A DNA stretch of 64,000 nt from assembly GCA_963729605.1 (NCBI GenBank), contig CAVSNY010000004.1, positions 96,001-160,000 of the forward strand. The letters are read 5' to 3'. Under the pieces are notes generated by a model that saw only the letters and a list, made by a program, of their open reading frames with translations, ran no database searches and was not told the origin of the DNA. The DNA is from an uncultured Gammaproteobacteria bacterium. GTDB taxonomy: Bacteria > Pseudomonadota > Gammaproteobacteria > DRLM01. A program made the position numbers and the translations under genes. Positions 57,801 through 64,000 of the stretch are shown piece by piece. Position 1 is the first letter of the stretch. The number at the start of each line of letters is the position of its first letter.

Positions 57801-60800
57801 GTTCACTGCCGCGCAGGCAGCTTAGAAAATTGCGCGGCCAGCGGCGGCCGGGCCGGGATCGTTCACTGCCGCGCAGGCAGCTTAGAAAAACGGAGATACC
57901 GACCGGAAATTGATTTAATTGTTCACTGCCGCGCAGGCAGCTTAGAAATGAGGCGCTTTTCCTGCTACTGTTCCGACAACGTTCACTGCCGCGCAGGCAG
58001 CTTAGAAAACCACAATTACGGTGATTCCGCTGCAAGTCGTGTTCACTGCCGCGCAGGCAGCTTAGAAACGATGTATCGCGGATTCCTGATTAATGCGGAT
58101 GTTCACTGCCGCGCAGGCAGCTTAGAAACAGCCATCACCGCCACCACCACCAGCGCCATGTTCACTGCCGCGCAGGCAGCTTAGAAAACAACTTCGCTGC
58201 TTGCGTCGGACACGTATCAGTTCACTGCCGCGCAGGCAGCTTAGAAACAACAAATAGGCGAGTGAGCAAACCGCTAATAGGTTCACTGCCGCGCAGGCAG
58301 CTTAGAAATGGGCCGACGACCGGCGGAGATTGAAAAAGCTGTTCACTGCCGCGCAGGCAGCTTAGAAAGCCGAGGTACTCTTCAACGGTTATCGCATTGG
58401 GTTCACTGCCGCGCAGGCAGCTTAGAAAAAATTCCGCGATAAATGCCGATATTAATTCATGTTCACTGCCGCGCAGGCAGCTTAGAAAGCACGGCCGACC
58501 TTGACGCTCGGTAATAATACGTTCACTGCCGCGCAGGCAGCTTAGAAATTATATTTCAACAGCTTACCATCATATGCAAAGTTCACTGCCGCGCAGGCAG
58601 CTTAGAAATGGAAACGGGCGAACAAGCGCAGATGATCGTAGTTCACTGCCGCGCAGGCAGCTTAGAAATTTTGGTAACGGTAACATATCGGCGCAAATTC
58701 GTTCACTGCCGCGCAGGCAGCTTAGAAAGCCCACGGTGAACGGCACAATTAACCAAATTCGTTCACTGCCGCGCAGGCAGCTTAGAAAGAACGTCACGCG
58801 CTTTTTTGACCCTGAGAAAAGTTCACTGCCGCGCAGGCAGCTTAGAAATGCGGCAAATCGCCGCGATGAAGCGCGTATCGGTTCACTGCCGCGCAGGCAG
58901 CTTAGAAAAAGCCCCCACAAAAACGGCAGGGGGGCGCGATGTTCACTGCCGCGCAGGCAGCTTAGAAAATGTGCGCCAAAGCGGATGGTAAGGCCGAAAA
59001 GTTCACTGCCGCGCAGGCAGCTTAGAAAAGCATTACCGGATTCGTGCGCGCGTACTTGCTGTTCACTGCCGCGCAGGCAGCTTAGAAATAGAACGTTGGC
59101 GGCTGAAATGATAGTAACGCGTTCACTGCCGCGCAGGCAGCTTAGAAAACATCGCCGATTCGTTCGACGCTCTCCCCCAGGTTCACTGCCGCGCAGGCAG
59201 CTTAGAAAAATCGTCAGGAGCGGACAAAACACCATCGATTGTTCACTGCCGCGCAGGCAGCTTAGAAACCAGCGAGCAAGACGCCGTCAGGAACTGACAG
59301 GTTCACTGCCGCGCAGGCAGCTTAGAAAGTCGGCGTTGACGGCCTCGAGCGAGTGGAACAGTTCACTGCCGCGCAGGCAGCTTAGAAAAAAACCATCACC
59401 GACACCGGCGCGGGCGTCGAGTTCACTGCCGCGCAGGCAGCTTAGAAAGTAGTAATAGGGAGAAATTGCAGCATAAAAAGGTTCACTGCCGCGCAGGCAG
59501 CTTAGAAAAGCATTACCGGATTCGTGCGCGCGTACTTGCTGTTCACTGCCGCGCAGGCAGCTTAGAAAGCGCCCATATCGCCCGTGTAACGACCGCTTAA
59601 GTTCACTGCCGCGCAGGCAGCTTAGAAAGCCACCAACCCGCAGCGCATCACGCTCTTCAAGTTCACTGCCGCGCAGGCAGCTTAGAAAAGCTCAACGTTC
59701 ACCGCGACGCGGCGCACCGAGTTCACTGCCGCGCAGGCAGCTTAGAAATCGAATACCAGCGGCTACCGTTCGCCGCCACCGTTCACTGCCGCGCAGGCAG
59801 CTTAGAAATGCGGCAAATCGCCGCGATGAAACGCGTATCGGTTCACTGCCGCGCAGGCAGCTTAGAAAGCACAGCATAGCAGGGAGAAAAATTCCATTGG
59901 GTTCACTGCCGCGCAGGCAGCTTAGAAAACCACGGACAACGCGAGTTTTCATGAAAAAACGTTCACTGCCGCGCAGGCAGCTTAGAAATCCACCGACCGG
60001 CGTACAATTTGAGTCTTATGGTTCACTGCCGCGCAGGCAGCTTAGAAATTCCAGTGGGATGCCCAAACTCTTGAGGTCGAGTTCACTGCCGCGCAGGCAG
60101 CTTAGAAAACCACCCGAGGCGACGGCAGCTTCTAAATAATGTTCACTGCCGCGCAGGCAGCTTAGAAAAGGGTCACAACTGCTACGGCACCGACGATCTA
60201 GTTCACTGCCGCGCAGGCAGCTTAGAAAGACATGCTGCGGCCGTTGTTACTCGCCCTCGCGTTCACTGCCGCGCAGGCAGCTTAGAAAGGCACCACGCTG
60301 GCCGCATTCCGCCACACGTCGTTCACTGCCGCGCAGGCAGCTTAGAAAAAAATGCAAACACTGTGCAAATTTACCGCATTGTTCACTGCCGCGCAGGCAG
60401 CTTAGAAACACACCGTGGTGTTCGATGCGCCCAACGCCTTGTTCACTGCCGCGCAGGCAGCTTAGAAAAAGCCGGGCGCCACCATTCAGCTGGCCGTGGG
60501 GTTCACTGCCGCGCAGGCAGCTTAGAAAGCCATGTCGGCCAAAATTTCCGCCGCCTCTTCGTTCACTGCCGCGCAGGCAGCTTAGAAAAAACGCCGGCGA
60601 ATTGGTTTGGGTTGGAGCCAGTTCACTGCCGCGCAGGCAGCTTAGAAAATGTGCGCCAAAGCGGATGGTAAGGCCGAAAAGTTCACTGCCGCGCAGGCAG
60701 CTTAGAAAAATCACGTGGACAACCAAGGACGGAACGATATGTTCACTGCCGCGCAGGCAGCTTAGAAATGGCACACCAGGGAGGCCGGCAGCATTTCCTG

Positions 60801-63800
60801 GTTCACTGCCGCGCAGGCAGCTTAGAAATCAAATTTTATTGCATGGAGGCTTGTAGGCACGTTCACTGCCGCGCAGGCAGCTTAGAAACCCGCCAAGCCT
60901 CTTAATTGTGATAGCTACCCGTTCACTGCCGCGCAGGCAGCTTAGAAAACGCCACCCGCTCGTGGACAATGGTGCAGACCGTTCACTGCCGCGCAGGCAG
61001 CTTAGAAAATCACCCAACGCCAGCCCACGGGCAAGCGTTAGTTCACTGCCGCGCAGGCAGCTTAGAAAACACGCCGGTTTTAAATTCAAGGTCAAGAAAG
61101 GTTCACTGCCGCGCAGGCAGCTTAGAAAGTGGTCAAGACCGGCGGTAATCGCTGGGGCCAGTTCACTGCCGCGCAGGCAGCTTAGAAAATGCCAGTGGGC
61201 GAGACCATGCGGACGGTCACGTTCACTGCCGCGCAGGCAGCTTAGAAAAAGTAAAGGCATCTCACGTTGTTTCATGGCAGGTTCACTGCCGCGCAGGCAG
61301 CTTAGAAAAAAAGAAGGCGATCAACGCGCTCGCCACCAAGGTTCACTGCCGCGCAGGCAGCTTAGAAACCACCATCCAATGTCGTCGCGCGGCTTGATCC
61401 GTTCACTGCCGCGCAGGCAGCTTAGAAATGATAGCAGCGCCGTTTATTTCATCAACTAGCGTTCACTGCCGCGCAGGCAGCTTAGAAACGGACGATAAAA
61501 GCGGCGGCGCGCTCATTGTCGTTCACTGCCGCGCAGGCAGCTTAGAAAGGTGACGTGGGGGAATGGGCTTTAATGTCTAAGTTCACTGCCGCGCAGGCAG
61601 CTTAGAAAGAGCGGATCAAGCACAATAACGCCGATTCCGCGTTCACTGCCGCGCAGGCAGCTTAGAAATAACGATGGATTAATCCGCGAATTTTGCATAA
61701 GTTCACTGCCGCGCAGGCAGCTTAGAAAGTAATGGCCAACGCAAAACTTAACCCACTCATGTTCACTGCCGCGCAGGCAGCTTAGAAAGTAATGCAGATT
61801 GAGAGCGAGTTCGCTGAGCCGTTCACTGCCGCGCAGGCAGCTTAGAAAACGGGGAAAATGACTTCCGCCGTCGGCGGCCCGTTCACTGCCGCGCAGGCAG
61901 CTTAGAAACGATGAGGAGCGCAGCGCGATGGTATTGCCCGGTTCACTGCCGCGCAGGCAGCTTAGAAACAATGGGACAGCCTCAAGCGTTTGGTGCAGGG
62001 GTTCACTGCCGCGCAGGCAGCTTAGAAATCGGTCACTGGCGCGGCGTCCAAGATCACCGTGTTCACTGCCGCGCAGGCAGCTTAGAAAAAGAGGCCATGG
62101 CCTTATATGAGGAGGAGGCAGTTCACTGCCGCGCAGGCAGCTTAGAAAACGGCGTGCCAATTTCGTTTTCTCTCAATAGGGTTCACTGCCGCGCAGGCAG
62201 CTTAGAAAAGACCAACTGGAGAGTCGTGTGACCCCGCTGGGTTCACTGCCGCGCAGGCAGCTTAGAAAAGCCGGTAGCCTGGTGAGAGGTTCACGCCATG
62301 GTTCACTGCCGCGCAGGCAGCTTAGAAATGGAAGACATGGAAGAGGGAATCCGCGCAGGCGTTCACTGCCGCGCAGGCAGCTTAGAAAGGCGGGAATCAC
62401 AAGGAAGAGGCGCACGAATCGTTCACTGCCGCGCAGGCAGCTTAGAAATCCACCGCTACGTGGTCAGGCGTCACAGCAAAGTTCACTGCCGCGCAGGCAG
62501 CTTAGAAATCTTCGACGTCTCGGCGCGCCGCCTTCCACTGGTTCACTGCCGCGCAGGCAGCTTAGAAAAGGAAGTACGTTCGTAACAGGCGAACTCAGAA
62601 GTTCACTGCCGCGCAGGCAGCTTAGAAAGCAACCGGCGACATGGATATTTACGGTAATCTGTTCACTGCCGCGCAGGCAGCTTAGAAAGCGCAAAAATTC
62701 GCGTTAAAGGAAATAAAGTTGTTCACTGCCGCGCAGGCAGCTTAGAAATATCACGCGTCCCGCAATAAAGATGGTTTCGGGTTCACTGCCGCGCAGGCAG
62801 CTTAGAAAATGACGCCGGCGGGCACGCCGGTATCGCAGGCGTTCACTGCCGCGCAGGCAGCTTAGAAATCCCTAACTGCGCGTGGCGATCGTCGTCGCGC
62901 GTTCACTGCCGCGCAGGCAGCTTAGAAATGTTTGTCCAGGCGCCACAGCCGGTCGGATAGGTTCACTGCCGCGCAGGCAGCTTAGAAATCCTGCCGCGTG
63001 TATCCGTACGCGTCCATAAAGTTCACTGCCGCGCAGGCAGCTTAGAAAGGGAAGGTGGCCGGCGTGCCGCGGAGCGCGGCGTTCACTGCCGCGCAGGCAG
63101 CTTAGAAATTTGAATCCGCCGCCAAGCCGTTGGCCGATCCGTTCACTGCCGCGCAGGCAGCTTAGAAAAGCCCAAGGCGCACACTCAATTGTTCCAATAA
63201 GTTCACTGCCGCGCAGGCAGCTTAGAAAGATTGGTGCGGGCGTAGCGGCGCGCGCATCCGGGTTCACTGCCGCGCAGGCAGCTTAGAAATCCCGACGATC
63301 TCACCGCGATGGTGCTGGGGTGTTCACTGCCGCGCAGGCAGCTTAGAAAGGGACCGCAATGAAAACATGGGCGGCGCTTTCGTTCACTGCCGCGCAGGCA
63401 GCTTAGAAATGTGGCGCTCTTCTTTTTCAAACAATTTATAAGTTCACTGCCGCGCAGGCAGCTTAGAAAGGAAACGGAAGGGACGACGACGACTTTTAAA
63501 CGTTCACTGCCGCGCAGGCAGCTTAGAAAGGAAAGAAATTATATGCTTTTGAAAAAACCGAGTTCACTGCCGCGCAGGCAGCTTAGAAAACAGCGCGCCA
63601 TGGCCCGGAGCAAGTACGCCCGTTCACTGCCGCGCAGGCAGCTTAGAAATCGGGCGGCAAATACAACTTGAGCCTATCCGCGTTCACTGCCGCGCAGGCA
63701 GCTTAGAAAAAGCAAGAAAACGGGACGGGTGCGGAGCATGAGTTCACTGCCGCGCAGGCAGCTTAGAAATCTTTGCTGATGTATTTAGCAATGTAGTTGC

Positions 63801-64000
63801 CGTTCACTGCCGCGCAGGCAGCTTAGAAATGCTGGGCTCTTTCTACGCTCATCAAGCCTATGTTCACTGCCGCGCAGGCAGCTTAGAAAATCATTTCCCA
63901 CGTATGAGGCGCGGGACATGAGTTCACTGCCGCGCAGGCAGCTTAGAAATCGGGCAGTTCGTCCACCGCCCAGGTGAGCCGGTTCACTGCCGCGCAGGCA
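57801..64000 (+). CRISPR. Type I-F CRISPR array: 28-bp repeat GTTCACTGCCGCGCAGGCAGCTTAGAAA, 104 repeat copies (last cut by the window end), 103 spacers
   Basis: Identical repeats at 60-bp period. Spacers are 32 bp except one of 31 bp (58129-58159) and two of 33 bp (58248-58280, 63229-63261). Confidence 0.99.

Noticed and set aside
58129-58159. Spacer CAGCCATCACCGCCACCACCACCAGCGCCAT resembling the TpsA Gly-repeat DNA (possible self-targeting)
   Set aside because: Only low-complexity CCA/CCG similarity with no contiguous match. A full self-target search could not be run by eye.
57727-63671. Many ORFs with periodic FLSCLRGSE, SLPRRQLR or VHCRAGSLE motifs
   Set aside because: They are translations of the CRISPR repeat, not proteins.

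Overview
This is a high-GC proteobacterial (probably gammaproteobacterial) chromosomal window. (1) 1-8.6 kb: the end of a lipo-amino-acid biosynthetic cluster (FAAL, acyl-CoA/ACP dehydrogenase, ACP, single-module C-A(Gly-like code)-T-TE NRPS with a Cys-nucleophile TE, SRPBCC protein, Sfp-type PPTase). (2) 8.7-23.5 kb: housekeeping and surface genes (acyP, proS, nadC, a CSLREA/GlyGly-CTERM surface protein, an ACP-FAAL-acyltransferase fusion, a cupin, clpB with a sigma32-like promoter, a YgiQ radical SAM enzyme). (3) 23.8-31.4 kb: envelope genes (secreted protein, beta-barrel, TPR-beta-barrel, MscS). (4) 31.6-43.2 kb: an 8-gene minus-strand envelope cluster (OmpA-domain protein, secreted protein with 10 x 35-aa Q/N-rich repeats, small Cys protein, CsgG/HfaB-like lipoprotein, small protein, TpsB, TpsA, exported WD40-caspase). 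It looks like an uncharacterised functional-amyloid/two-partner secretion system. (5) 43.7-48.9 kb: a Fur-box TonB receptor/PepSY cassette with a frameshifted receptor, a truncated second TpsB, a MITE-like element and an integrase relic. (6) 49.2-64 kb: a complete type I-F CRISPR-Cas locus with an array of at least 103 spacers. The most striking unannotated feature lies between cas2/3 and csy1. It is an antisense, degenerate repeat-20-nt spacer-repeat mini-array whose spacer matches a CC-PAM-flanked site abutting the -35 box of the predicted csy1 promoter, i.e. a candidate crRNA-like autoregulator (CreR/CreA-type) of the Cascade operon. All calls come from reading the sequence by eye; no database searches were run.
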